Assembly (NCBI GenBank): GCA_964628055.1
Contig: CAZVNL010000001.1
Coordinates: 4,114 to 68,113, forward strand
Direction of reading: 5' to 3'
Source: an uncultured bacterium
Lineage (GTDB): Bacteria > Fidelibacterota > Marinisomatia > Marinisomatales > TCS56
DNA: 64,000 nucleotides
Part shown: in pieces, positions 36,904 through 46,547 of the stretch
How positions within the stretch are numbered: position 1 is the stretch's first letter
How the letters are laid out: each line of letters opens with the position of its first letter
Translations under genes and position numbers: made by a program
Notes under the pieces: generated by a model
What the model was told of the DNA's origin: nothing
Databases searched by the model: none
What the model saw: the letters and a program-made list of their open reading frames with translations, nothing else

Positions 36904-39185
36904 GCCACTCCCCTCCTTTCCAGGGCTGCTAACACCCTGTCAGGGGTGATTGGTAATTCGAAAATTCGCACCCCAACTGCATCATAAATGGCGTTGCCGA
37001 CGGAAGGTAAAACGGGATGTATAGGCCCCTCACCAGCTTCCTTGGCGCCGTACGGGCCTTCTCTATCGTTAGATTCAATTATCGTAACATCCATGGGAGG
37101 CGTGTCCAGAGCAGTGGGTATACGGTAATCCAGTAGGTTGGCATTGATAATTTGCCCTTCCTGATAACGTAATTCTTCCATTAAGGCTTGGCCCAATCCC
37201 ATGTGGATGCAGCCTTCAATCTGCCCCTCCACGGCCAGTGGATTCAAGGCTTTCCCACAATCATGTGCCCCCCACACCTTGACAACTTTCACCGTGCCAG
37301 TTGAGGGATCCACTTCCACTTCACTGATAAACGCCCCGAAGCTGTAGGCCGGACTTAAACCGGCGCCGGCGCCTTTAAACGTTCCCCCCATTTTCGGTGA
37401 GGTATACGTACCCGTTGTGATGAAGGACCCTCGGCCCGCCAGGGCGACTTCCACCGCTTCATCCCACGAAAGATTCAGCTTCCCGTCGGAAGAAACAACC
37501 TGTTCCTCTTGAAAATGGAGCGTCTCCGCAGGCACGCCAAATTCTCTACTGATAGCCTGTGACATCTCTTTACGCAGGTTAAGAACCGCTTCCCTGGCGG
37601 CGTTCCCCACCATAAAGGTCACCCGACTGGAATAACTTCCTAAATCCACCGGCGTCAGGCGCGTATCCGCTGCTTCTAACTGGACCCTCTCTAAGGGTAA
37701 TCCCAACTCATGGGCAACGATTTGAACCAGGATTGTATCACTACCCTGTCCAATGTCACTGGCCCCACTAAAGACTACGACCCGGCCGTCAAAATCGAGC
37801 TTCGTATGCACCGTCGTTTGCGGGAAACGGTTCCAGATAATCGGTAGCGCACTCCCACTGATGTAAAAACCACAGGCTACGCCTAATCCCCGGCCATAGG
37901 GTAGTTTTCCATGGCGCTCATTCCACCGGGAGCGTTTTCGGACCGCAGCTAAACATTCTCGAACGCCGTTACTGGTAATCCGAAGTTTTCCTACCGTCTC
38001 GGTGTAGGCTGGCAGAAAGTTTTTTTTCCGAATATCACAAGGATCCACCCCCATTTTTTCAGCAAGCATGTCGAGAACGGTTTCGAAGGCATAGCGAGAA
38101 TTCACAGCACCGTGTCCCCGCATGGCGCCGCTCTGGGGTTTGTTGGTGTACACGCGCTGGGTTCGGAATCCAAAACGATCGATGCGATAGGGACCCTGGA
38201 GTAAAACACCGTTATAATAAGCCGTGACCACACCGAAACTGGCGTAGGCCCCACCGTCAATGACAATGTCCGCCTCCATCGCTGTCAATTGTCCCTTTTC
38301 CGCGCCACCCAGAGTGAGGGTTAATTCCGTGGGATGTCGCCCGTGATTGGTTAGGAAAACCTCCTCCCGCGTGAGCACGCACTTAACCGGTCGATGCGTT
38401 TTCCAGGCCAGATAGGCGGTAATGATTTCGTGGGGAAAGGGATCGCTCTTCCCGCCGAAACCGCCCCCCAGGGCGGGCTTACGAACGTGAACGCGATGAA
38501 GGGGAAGGTTCAACACGGCCGCCAGGGTACGATGGAGATAATGGGGCACCTGAGTCGCGCTAATCACCGTCAGGGTGCCATCTTCATTCCAGACTGCAAC
38601 CGTGGCGTGGGGTTCGGTAAATGCATGGTTAAGTCCGGCAAACCGAAACGTTCCCCGAGCGGTGTAGGGTGCGCTCTGAAGCGCCTCCTCGGGATCGTTG
38701 AAGCGCAGCTCAGCAATCTTGTGAATATTTGTTCCCTGCTTGCTGTGGGAATGGATGGGTTCCGCCGAATCACATGGTTCCAGCGCTTCTTTCGGGTCAA
38801 TAAAGGCGCGTAACGGTTCATAGTTCACAGAAATCGCCGCCACACCTGCCGCTGCTGCAGAAGCATTCTCGGCGGCCACGGCCGCTACGATCTCGCCCAC
38901 ATAACGAACCTTCTCCACCGCCAGGGCGGTCTCATCGGGACTGATGGGCAATATCCCGAACGGCGTGGGTATGTCTGTTCCAATTACTACCGCCACCACC
39001 CCCGGTATTTGCATTGCTTTGTTTACCTTAATCTTTTTTATCCTGGCGTGCGGATAAGGACTACGCAAGAATTTCACCGTAAGCATATTGGGAAAGTTAA
39101 AATCCCCCGAGTAGGTAGTCTTGCCGGTAACTTTTTGCAGGGCATCCACGTATGGCGTGGGTTTCCCGAGGGGAGAATGTTTCAC
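36900..39185 (-). CDS. hcrA: 4-hydroxybenzoyl-CoA reductase, molybdopterin alpha subunit (XDH family)
   Basis: 761 aa aldehyde oxidase/xanthine dehydrogenase a/b-hammerhead plus Moco-binding domains (GGGFGGK, AGEGP). Flanked by the 2Fe-2S and FAD subunits with 4-nt overlaps. Confidence 0.8.
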   Translation of the reverse strand: MKHSPLGKPTPYVDALQKVTGKTTYSGDFNFPNMLTVKFLRSPYPHARIKKIKVNKAMQIPGVVAVVIGTDIPTPFGILPISPDETALAVEKVRYVGEIVAAVAAENASAAAAGVAAISVNYEPLRAFIDPKEALEPCDSAEPIHSHSKQGTNIHKIAELRFNDPEEALQSAPYTARGTFRFAGLNHAFTEPHATVAVWNEDGTLTVISATQVPHYLHRTLAAVLNLPLHRVHVRKPALGGGFGGKSDPFPHEIITAYLAWKTHRPVKCVLTREEVFLTNHGRHPTELTLTLGGAEKGQLTAMEADIVIDGGAYASFGVVTAYYNGVLLQGPYRIDRFGFRTQRVYTNKPQSGAMRGHGAVNSRYAFETVLDMLAEKMGVDPCDIRKKNFLPAYTETVGKLRITSNGVRECLAAVRKRSRWNERHGKLPYGRGLGVACGFYISGSALPIIWNRFPQTTVHTKLDFDGRVVVFSGASDIGQGSDTILVQIVAHELGLPLERVQLEAADTRLTPVDLGSYSSRVTFMVGNAAREAVLNLRKEMSQAISREFGVPAETLHFQEEQVVSSDGKLNLSWDEAVEVALAGRGSFITTGTYTSPKMGGTFKGAGAGLSPAYSFGAFISEVEVDPSTGTVKVVKVWGAHDCGKALNPLAVEGQIEGCIHMGLGQALMEELRYQEGQIINANLLDYRIPTALDTPPMDVTIIESNDREGPYGAKEAGEGPIHPVLPSVGNAIYDAVGVRIFELPITPDRVLAALERRGVA

Positions 39186-39646
39186 CGCTCCTCCTCAGCA
39201 CTTTTTAACACTGCCGTCACGATCTTAGCATAACCGGTACAGCGACAGAGATTCCCGCTCAGGGCTTCCCGAACTTCCTCGCTTGTGGGCCGGGATTGCT
39301 CCTGAAGGAAAGCAATACTGGTCATCACCATCCCGGGGGTACAGTAGCCACACTGAATACCCCCTTCCGCCACTAAGTACCTTTGAACTGGATGCAACTC
39401 GCCGTTGTGCGCCACTCCCTCGATGGTAAGGATGGTTTTACCAGCACAGCGTAAAGTCGGCGTTAAGCAGCTCAAAACGGGCTTATCTTCCACTAGCACG
39501 GTGCAGGCTCCACACGATCCCTGGTCGCACCCCGGTTTCGTTCCTGTCAATCCCAAACGTTCCCTTAACGTGACCAGTAGTGTTTCGTGGGGTTCCACTA
39601 AAAGCGTCCGGGAAAAACCGTTAACGGTAAAAGTAACCGTCTCCAT
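39182..39646 (-). CDS. hcrC: 4-hydroxybenzoyl-CoA reductase, 2x[2Fe-2S] gamma subunit
   Basis: Start reassigned to METVTFTVNG. Plant-type CDQGSCGAC and second-cluster QCGYCTPG ... CRCTGY motifs are present. Confidence 0.85.
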   Translation of the reverse strand: METVTFTVNGFSRTLLVEPHETLLVTLRERLGLTGTKPGCDQGSCGACTVLVEDKPVLSCLTPTLRCAGKTILTIEGVAHNGELHPVQRYLVAEGGIQCGYCTPGMVMTSIAFLQEQSRPTSEEVREALSGNLCRCTGYAKIVTAVLKSAEEER

Positions 39647-39651
39647 GATAT

Positions 39652-40794
39652 TTAATCTGCCTTTTCCAGGAGCATTGCCACCCCTTGCCCATGCCCCACA
39701 CATAGGGCTGCGATACCTCTTCGTTTGTCTTCGGCGGCCAGACTATGAGCTAACGTGACGGCCAGGCGCAATCCTGACATGCCCAAAGGATGCCCTAAAG
39801 CCACGGCGCCACCGTGGATATTTAACCGATTGGCGTCGATTCCCAATTCACGTTGGCAGGCTAAAACCTGGACCGCAAAAGCTTCATTGATTTCCCAAAG
39901 GTCAATGTCCTCTAAGGTCAGGCCGGTCTGGTCTAATAATTTCCGTATGGCCCCCACCGGTCCTAACCCCATGATCATGGGATCCAACCCGACGGTTACA
40001 CAAGGACCCACCTTCGCCAGGGCTGCCCACCCCATCTGGTGGCGAGTCTTTTCACCGACGACCAAGGCCATGCAAGCGCCATCTGAAATACCGGAACTGT
40101 TCGCCGCGGTGACGGTGCCGCCTTCTTTGAAAACCGGTTTTAAAGCACTCAAAGTTGGTAAATCAGAAAGACGAGGTTCTTGATCTTCAATAACGATGGT
40201 CCCATCGGGTAGGGTGATTTTTATTCGCTCACGGTTAAAAAAGCCTTCCGCCTGAGCGGCGAAATAACGCTGGTTACTTTCCAAGGTATAGGTATCTTGC
40301 GCTACCCGATTAATGCTGTATTGTTCGGCCAACTTTTCAGCGGTGAGGCCCATGTTATTCCACGGAAATTCGTACGCTGCGAACAGGTCGGGGTGATAAT
40401 CGATGCTCGCTGTCATGGGGACGTGCCCCATGTGTTCAACGCCCCCCACCACGGCTACTTTATTGGTTCCGCAGCGAATGCTGTCCACCGCAAATTGCAA
40501 CGCTGTTAAACTGGAAGCGCATAAGCGGTTGATGGTTACACCGGGAACGCTTTGAGGCAGCCCGGCCAATAACCAAATCAATCGAGCTAAGTTCTTCCCT
40601 TGTTCTAAATGCTGCCCCACACAGCCTAAATAAAAGTCATCTACCTTACCGGGTACGACGCTGGTGCGCTGGAGTAGTGCGCGTAGCGTCTGGACGGCGA
40701 GTTCATCGGCGCGTATATCTTTAAAGATCCCTTTTTCAGGGTGACCGCGACCAATGGGCGATCGGCAACCGTCTATCAGGTATGCAGTCTCCAT
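39652..40794 (-). CDS. Acetyl-CoA C-acyl/acetyltransferase (thiolase II)
   Basis: 380 aa with nucleophile NRLCASSL, C-terminal NIHGGAVALGHPLG and CVGHGQG. Confidence 0.9.
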   Translation of the reverse strand: METAYLIDGCRSPIGRGHPEKGIFKDIRADELAVQTLRALLQRTSVVPGKVDDFYLGCVGQHLEQGKNLARLIWLLAGLPQSVPGVTINRLCASSLTALQFAVDSIRCGTNKVAVVGGVEHMGHVPMTASIDYHPDLFAAYEFPWNNMGLTAEKLAEQYSINRVAQDTYTLESNQRYFAAQAEGFFNRERIKITLPDGTIVIEDQEPRLSDLPTLSALKPVFKEGGTVTAANSSGISDGACMALVVGEKTRHQMGWAALAKVGPCVTVGLDPMIMGLGPVGAIRKLLDQTGLTLEDIDLWEINEAFAVQVLACQRELGIDANRLNIHGGAVALGHPLGMSGLRLAVTLAHSLAAEDKRRGIAALCVGHGQGVAMLLEKAD

Positions 40795-40839
40795 CGGGAA
40801 CTTAATTGGTCGCCAAAAAACGAGTTAGTTGAAGCATTT

Positions 40840-41577
40840 TCACAACAGGTTCGCTCCGATGCTTTTCCCCCCATCCACGTAAATAATCTGTCCGGTGATG
40901 AAACGGGCTTCTGGCGAGGCCAAAAAAAGTACGGTTTCAGCTACATCTTGGGGTGTTCCGAATTCTTTGCTCGGTTGGGCCGCAACCAGCGCTGCGAACG
41001 TTTCCGAGGGGAGCGACCGGGTTAAAGGGGTGTCAATTAACCCCGGCGCTACGGCGTTTACGGTGACGTGGTAGGCTGCCAATTCCAGGGCCAAAACGCG
41101 GGTCAGACTTACCAGACCACCCTTGGAAGCAGCATAGTTTGACTGCCCAAAGTTCCCCAGCCAAGCTCGCGAGGTCAAGTTAATGATGCGGCCTCCCTGC
41201 TGCTGACGGAAATGGGGAGCCACCTCGCGACACAGGAGCCAGGGCCCTTTTAAATTCACCTTCAGAACGAGATCAAAATCCTCTTCGGACATTTTCCAGA
41301 TGACGTGATCCCGGACGATGCCGGCGTTATTCACCAGTACATCTATTCTACCCGACTGGGTAAGTACCTGGCGTACAAAAGCGTGCACCTGGTCAGCCTG
41401 ACTCACATCGCCCCGACTGACGAAAAAATTTTTACCATAGTCGGTTGAAAAATCAGCCAGTGGGGAAACATCAAGGATATGCACCAGAGCACCGTATTCA
41501 AGAAAGCGGTCCACGATGGCTTTCCCAATCCCCCGGCAACCGCCAGTTACGACTATGACCTGGCCGCTGAAATCCAT
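40840..41577 (-). CDS. SDR-family oxidoreductase (FabG / 3-hydroxyacyl-CoA dehydrogenase-like)
   Basis: 245 aa with TGGCRGIG, NNAG and SxnYAASK catalytic motifs. Confidence 0.85.
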   Translation of the reverse strand: MDFSGQVIVVTGGCRGIGKAIVDRFLEYGALVHILDVSPLADFSTDYGKNFFVSRGDVSQADQVHAFVRQVLTQSGRIDVLVNNAGIVRDHVIWKMSEEDFDLVLKVNLKGPWLLCREVAPHFRQQQGGRIINLTSRAWLGNFGQSNYAASKGGLVSLTRVLALELAAYHVTVNAVAPGLIDTPLTRSLPSETFAALVAAQPSKEFGTPQDVAETVLFLASPEARFITGQIIYVDGGKSIGANLL

Positions 41578-43560
41578 TTAGGCTCCTGTAAACTCAGGTA
41601 GGGCCTGGCCAATACTTTGCAACCCAAGCAAGGCATCTTTGGTAGCGAAAATCTCACGGAGATATTGTAATTCTGAGGCGGGGCCCTCATGGTTATCAAT
41701 TAAGGCTTCGGCGATGGTGAGCGCCCGCGGTGCTTTCCGACGAATTATTTTAACCAGTTGGGACCACGGTTCCGGAAAGGGGTCGGTCATGATTTGCTGA
41801 ATAGTGTGGGATTCGAAGAACTTGCTGGTGGCGCGCCACTGGTCGGACAAGGGTGTCCTTGGCGGGAGCGGATGTTGGGACCGTTGCAAAATGTCGGGCA
41901 CCATTTCCCAAGTGATGACTTGATCCACCAAGCCGATATTCCGGGCGTCCACGGCACTCAACTGTTGTCCGGTAAAGATGAGATATTTCGTTAAACCAGC
42001 CCCGATGCGAGCTTGAGGACGCTGGGTACCGCCCAGGGCCGGATAGATTCCCAACCCCGTTTCGGGAAAAGCCAAACGCGCCCCCTGAATGGCATACAGG
42101 ATATCCGCTGTGAGGGCCAATTCCAACCCCCCTCCCAGGGCCAAACCGTTGAGAATGGCCACCACCGTCTTGGAAGAATCATCCAGACACTGAAAGAGGT
42201 CCTGACCCCGTCGGGTAAATGCTTCAATCGCTTCCAGATTGCCTTCTTTCATGTTCTGCAGGAAAAAGCGAATATCAGCACCTGCCATAAACGCCTTCCC
42301 CCGTCCCAACAGTACGATGGTATCCACCGTATCATCCTTATCCAGGGACGTTACAACCGCCTCTAACTGCTCCAATAAGTCTATGTTTAAGGCATTTAAT
42401 CCTTCAGGACGATTGATAACGATAATCCCTGTCGCTCCACGCCGTTCCATCTGAATAAAATCAATTTTCCATGGTAATTGTTGGAGGGACTTGGGGGAGG
42501 GTACGTCCCAGCGAGTGGCGAGCTCCTGGATTAAGTTGGGGACCTTTTCTTGGCCTAATCGTTGGGTTAATAGAACCGGAGTTTTCCGCCAGCGTAATCC
42601 AATGGCGGCCCCGCGGTGAATATCCCCCACATCACACACCCCTTCATTAAGGAGTTGTCCACAGACCAATACGACGGCGGCGGAGAGACGTTGGCGGATT
42701 GTCTCTTCCGCCTCCGGAGTGGTTTCTTCCACCGGGGGAATATCCCAGGGCTGTTTTTTCCTCATTTGCTTTTGCAGCAGCTCCGCAGGCTCGTAGAAAG
42801 CTCCGTAGGCTTCCCCCAGTGTACGGGCGGCATGGTAAGCAATGGGAACTCCGGTGGCATTCATGAGGGCAAAAGGTCCCAGGCCGCAACCAAATGTTTT
42901 ACAGGCAACTGCATCGATAGTACCGGGGGGTGCTACTTCTTCTTCCAACAGGCGAACGGCTTCGTTCAACCAGGGGACAAAAAAGCGATTCACCACAAAT
43001 CCATGAGCATCCCGGCAAAGGATGGGATCTTTACCACAGCGCTGCATAAGCCAAAAAACACTCTCAAAAACTTCATCTGAAGTTTCCGCGCCGCGGATAA
43101 TTTCCACTAACCTGTTCTTGGCGGCGTGGTAAAAGAAATGTAATCCTAAAAATCGATTGGCAGGTGTCACGTGCTGACTTAATTCATCGACGGAAAACGA
43201 AGAGGTATTGGTGGCCAGAATTGCTTGGGGATCCAGGATCGTATTTAGCTGTTGAAACAAACTGGTCTTGACGGTTAAATCTTCAAAAACAGCTTCAATC
43301 ACCAATTGGCAATGGGTGAGTTTCTCCAACCGGGTAGTGCATGTGATCTGGTCCACGATGCGGGTTGCTTGCTGAGGGGTGAAAATTTTTCGCTGGACGC
43401 CCTCGTTCAGGGTTGTTTCAATCAAGCTCAGCGCCCGGCGTAGAAATGAATCGGCTTGATCCACCAAAATTACCGCTAATCCCTCCTGAGCAAACTTTTG
43501 CGCCAGGGCCGACCCCATAGTACCCGCGCCAACAATTCCCACAGTTTGAATAGTGCGCAT
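41578..43560 (-). CDS. Bifunctional 3-hydroxyacyl-CoA dehydrogenase (N-terminal) / enoyl-CoA hydratase (C-terminal)
   Basis: 660 aa. N-terminal Rossmann VGIVGAGTMGSALA plus a HADH C-domain. The C-terminal crotonase fold (AFMAGADI, GLALGGGLELAL) gives a domain order opposite to FadB/FadJ. Confidence 0.85.
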   Translation of the reverse strand: MRTIQTVGIVGAGTMGSALAQKFAQEGLAVILVDQADSFLRRALSLIETTLNEGVQRKIFTPQQATRIVDQITCTTRLEKLTHCQLVIEAVFEDLTVKTSLFQQLNTILDPQAILATNTSSFSVDELSQHVTPANRFLGLHFFYHAAKNRLVEIIRGAETSDEVFESVFWLMQRCGKDPILCRDAHGFVVNRFFVPWLNEAVRLLEEEVAPPGTIDAVACKTFGCGLGPFALMNATGVPIAYHAARTLGEAYGAFYEPAELLQKQMRKKQPWDIPPVEETTPEAEETIRQRLSAAVVLVCGQLLNEGVCDVGDIHRGAAIGLRWRKTPVLLTQRLGQEKVPNLIQELATRWDVPSPKSLQQLPWKIDFIQMERRGATGIIVINRPEGLNALNIDLLEQLEAVVTSLDKDDTVDTIVLLGRGKAFMAGADIRFFLQNMKEGNLEAIEAFTRRGQDLFQCLDDSSKTVVAILNGLALGGGLELALTADILYAIQGARLAFPETGLGIYPALGGTQRPQARIGAGLTKYLIFTGQQLSAVDARNIGLVDQVITWEMVPDILQRSQHPLPPRTPLSDQWRATSKFFESHTIQQIMTDPFPEPWSQLVKIIRRKAPRALTIAEALIDNHEGPASELQYLREIFATKDALLGLQSIGQALPEFTGA

Positions 43561-44372
43561 TACGAATTACTCCACTTTGGTTGACGGTGTTCCAGAAAAG
43601 CCACGAGACCCTCCCGGGCGTCATTGGTTGACATGAGGGTTTCCAGATAATATTTCTCCAGATTGGGTAGTTCTTTTTGCAGGGTTTGATGGAGTAGCCA
43701 TCGCGCCGCCCGGACGCCATGGCGCAACGACGAGGCACTCTTGGGTAGGATATTAGTTTGGATCCACTGCTCCACGTCTTGTTCCCTAGTTTGCCGGTTG
43801 TTAAATACCGCCGTGAACAAACCCATTTGTTGACCTTCCTCAGCCGTGATGGTGCGACCGGTGAGAAGAAGGTCCTCGGCGCGAGTTAGTCCTATTTTCA
43901 GAGGTAACAACAAGGAAGCAGGTGGGGGAAACACCCCCAGATTTATCTCCGGTTGACCCATCCTAACAGTGGTGTCGGCGAAAAGAAAATCACACATGAG
44001 GGCTAATTCCATCCCCCCACCCAGGCAGTGACCTGAGACGAGGGCAGCGGTGGGAATTGCCAGTTCCATCAGGGTATAAAAAAGACGATGAAATTGCGAT
44101 AACATGCGACCTACCTGCTCCGGGAGGTGTTCCTGTACACTGGCCCCGAAGGAAAAGTGTTTCCCAGCGCCGGTTAACATGAGCAGTTTGACCTCCGGTC
44201 TCATAGATAGACTCTCCAAATGCTGTTGAAGGGCCTCCATCATTACCCGGTCCAGGACATTGCCTTTAGGGGCATTGAGGGTCAGGCGAACGACCTGGCT
44301 ATCGTAGGAACGCTCCAGCAAAACAGGATTTATTGTATCGGGTTTGGCCTCCATACCTGGCGTTCCCATCAT
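43560..44372 (-). CDS. dch: Enoyl-CoA hydratase, cyclohexa-1,5-diene-1-carbonyl-CoA hydratase candidate
   Basis: 270 aa crotonase (GAGKHFSFGASV, GHCLGGGMELAL). The assignment rests on its position immediately after oah and had in the Thauera-type trio. Confidence 0.65.
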   Translation of the reverse strand: MMGTPGMEAKPDTINPVLLERSYDSQVVRLTLNAPKGNVLDRVMMEALQQHLESLSMRPEVKLLMLTGAGKHFSFGASVQEHLPEQVGRMLSQFHRLFYTLMELAIPTAALVSGHCLGGGMELALMCDFLFADTTVRMGQPEINLGVFPPPASLLLPLKIGLTRAEDLLLTGRTITAEEGQQMGLFTAVFNNRQTREQDVEQWIQTNILPKSASSLRHGVRAARWLLHQTLQKELPNLEKYYLETLMSTNDAREGLVAFLEHRQPKWSNS

Positions 44373-45466
44373 TGTACCTTTGGTAAGATGGTCTCGACGA
44401 GTTCGTCATCCCAGGGATGGCCTTCGGCCAGCATTTTCCGCAATTTGATGAAATCCACTTCTCGGTTCCCTTTAGGACCTTCATTATACGCCCGAAAACC
44501 GGCTTTGGCTTCGGTCATCATGTTCAAGGCCAACCAATCGCGGTTGGTTTGTTGATTGCGATCCCAATGTTCCAATTTTTTCTTTCTCAGGCTGTTCAGC
44601 GTCTTGTTGGTACAATCTGGCATAGTGTAAAGGAGTTTGGTGGCCAGGAAATTTACCGCCTTGTCCAAGGGTTGCAGATCGATGGTTCCTTCCTTGAGCA
44701 GTGTTTTGCCCGCTTCCCTTTCCGCGCCCGATTTGGGCCGGCCATAGACAATTTCACCGGTTTCGTCTAACCAGCGATCGGTGATGACCAACGGATTGCG
44801 TATAAAACGTCCCTTTATCTTTAGCACAGGAACCGCTTGAGTAATTAAGCCATAGCGTAAAGCTTCGTAGGCGCTCCACATTTCGCAGAGGGTGCAACTT
44901 TGCATGGCCCGCTCAATGCCCACGTACAAGTGCAAGAAATCCGTGCTGCCGCCGTCGGGGGCACTCCCGTGTTTAGGACCCGCCTGCCCGAACACTGCCA
45001 GATCACTGGCCACAGAAAAGTCGCAGGCCATGCCGATCTCCTGACCGCCGGCGATACGCATTCCATTCACCCTGCAGATGACGGGCTTATCACAGTGGAG
45101 AATCGCCGTGATCATATCGTTGAAGAGACGCATGTACTGCTTGTATTCCAGGGGCCGCCCAGCATAGTACTCGGCATATTCCTTGGTATTACCCCCCGTG
45201 CAAAAGGCTCGCTCCCCCACACCACTGAAAACCACGGCCACCACCGAGCGATCATTGGAAGCTTGGCGAAAGGCAAGGATAATTTCCTTGACCGCAGCCG
45301 TCGTGTAGGAATTGTACTGGCGAGGGTTATTCAAAAATATCCAGGCATTGTACAAACCATCCACCGGCTGGCTGTCCTGGTCAAGACAGGGCCGTCGTTC
45401 ATAGCGAATCGATTCAAAGGATAAATCCACAAGATTGTGACTGATAAGGTTTTGGTTCATGACCAC
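44369..45466 (-). CDS. oah: 6-oxocyclohex-1-ene-1-carbonyl-CoA hydrolase (ring-cleaving; Oah/BamA type)
   Basis: 365 aa long-form crotonase-superfamily protein (AFCTGGN, AGGQEIGMACDF). The size fits Oah/BamA (~370-380 aa) rather than BadI (~260 aa). Adjacent to had and dch. Confidence 0.75.
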   Translation of the reverse strand: MVMNQNLISHNLVDLSFESIRYERRPCLDQDSQPVDGLYNAWIFLNNPRQYNSYTTAAVKEIILAFRQASNDRSVVAVVFSGVGERAFCTGGNTKEYAEYYAGRPLEYKQYMRLFNDMITAILHCDKPVICRVNGMRIAGGQEIGMACDFSVASDLAVFGQAGPKHGSAPDGGSTDFLHLYVGIERAMQSCTLCEMWSAYEALRYGLITQAVPVLKIKGRFIRNPLVITDRWLDETGEIVYGRPKSGAEREAGKTLLKEGTIDLQPLDKAVNFLATKLLYTMPDCTNKTLNSLRKKKLEHWDRNQQTNRDWLALNMMTEAKAGFRAYNEGPKGNREVDFIKLRKMLAEGHPWDDELVETILPKVQ

Positions 45467-45475
45467 ATTCCTTTT

Positions 45476-46531
45476 TTAGTTAAAATCCGGTTTTAAAATG
45501 ATGCGTTCCTGGAAGGCGTGTTTAAGGACACCTTGAAACGTTTCGTTAATTTCCGACATGGGTTTGAAAGCCGAATAAGGTCGGATTTCTACTTGCCCCC
45601 GGGCGACGAGATCGAGTACCTCTAAATATAATTCTGGCCGACAGCCCCAGGTACCAATTGCCTGGGCATCAAAAGCCATGAGATTGCTCAATCGTAGCTC
45701 TAATTTATCCATTGTAAAGCCAACAATAGATAGCGTTCCGGCAATCCCTAAAAGCGCAAATGCCAGGGTTTGCCCGCCTTTTGTTCCTGACATTTCAAAT
45801 ATTTTCCATCCAAACGGGTCAGCTCCCGACTCACGAATCCATTGTTTTACGCGTTGTTTAACGGCTCGTACTTCCCTATCGGCAGTATTTAAGGTTTGTA
45901 CCGACGATAACGTTGCAACCCGGTCAAGCCGCTGTTGGTCAATGTCAATGGCCAGCACTTTTCCCCCCATGGCACGAGCAATTTGAACGGCATAAATGCC
46001 AATTCCCCCTACACCGATAACGATGGCCACGTCTCCCTCTCCCAAACCACTTTTTTGGATAGCTTGGTAAGGTGTAGAAACTGCATCCGCGATGACGGCT
46101 AATTCGGCAACCTCATAGGCATTCAAAAGGAAATCCGGAATGGGAATTAAAAAACGTGAGGGAACGATGACATGACTGGCAAACCCGCCGTGAAAATCGT
46201 TCCCTGGCATTTGCTGGTGTTGACAAATGTTACTCCGTCCTTGCTGGCATAATCGACATTCCCCACACGGCAGAACCGCCGGGACAATCACGGCCCGATT
46301 AACCAATTCCCCAGGACCTTCCAGCACCCGGCCACTGATTTCGTGCCCTAAAACCAAGGGCAAAGGATGGCGCGTAGGCACCCCATGATGCCAGAAACTC
46401 AAATCCGTATGACAAACGCCGCAACCAGCCACTGCGACCAGGGCGTAGCCCGGTTCCAGGTCAGGTTTCGGTCGAGTCACAAGCTGAAAGGGTTCGTCGC
46501 GAGCCACCATTTCATAGGCGCTTATTTCCAT
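45476..46531 (-). CDS. had: 6-hydroxycyclohex-1-ene-1-carbonyl-CoA dehydrogenase candidate (Zn-dependent ADH family)
   Basis: 351 aa with GVCHTD, GHEISG, the structural-Zn Cys cluster CGECRLC and GVGGIG. Context between a thiolase and oah. Confidence 0.7.
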   Translation of the reverse strand: MEISAYEMVARDEPFQLVTRPKPDLEPGYALVAVAGCGVCHTDLSFWHHGVPTRHPLPLVLGHEISGRVLEGPGELVNRAVIVPAVLPCGECRLCQQGRSNICQHQQMPGNDFHGGFASHVIVPSRFLIPIPDFLLNAYEVAELAVIADAVSTPYQAIQKSGLGEGDVAIVIGVGGIGIYAVQIARAMGGKVLAIDIDQQRLDRVATLSSVQTLNTADREVRAVKQRVKQWIRESGADPFGWKIFEMSGTKGGQTLAFALLGIAGTLSIVGFTMDKLELRLSNLMAFDAQAIGTWGCRPELYLEVLDLVARGQVEIRPYSAFKPMSEINETFQGVLKHAFQERIILKPDFN

Positions 46532-46547
46532 TCTCTATTCCCCCCTG

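Noticed and set aside
44900-45424. Long antisense ORFs nested in GC-rich genes, e.g. 44900-45424 (+), 56100-56618 (+), 42616-43080 (+), 1874-2311 (+), 22474-22875 (+), 8878-9342 (+), 39755-40183 (+)
   Set aside because: Each is fully contained in a strongly supported opposite-strand gene. They are Arg/Gly/Pro/Ser-rich with no recognisable motifs, the typical shadow ORFs of GC-rich coding sequence.
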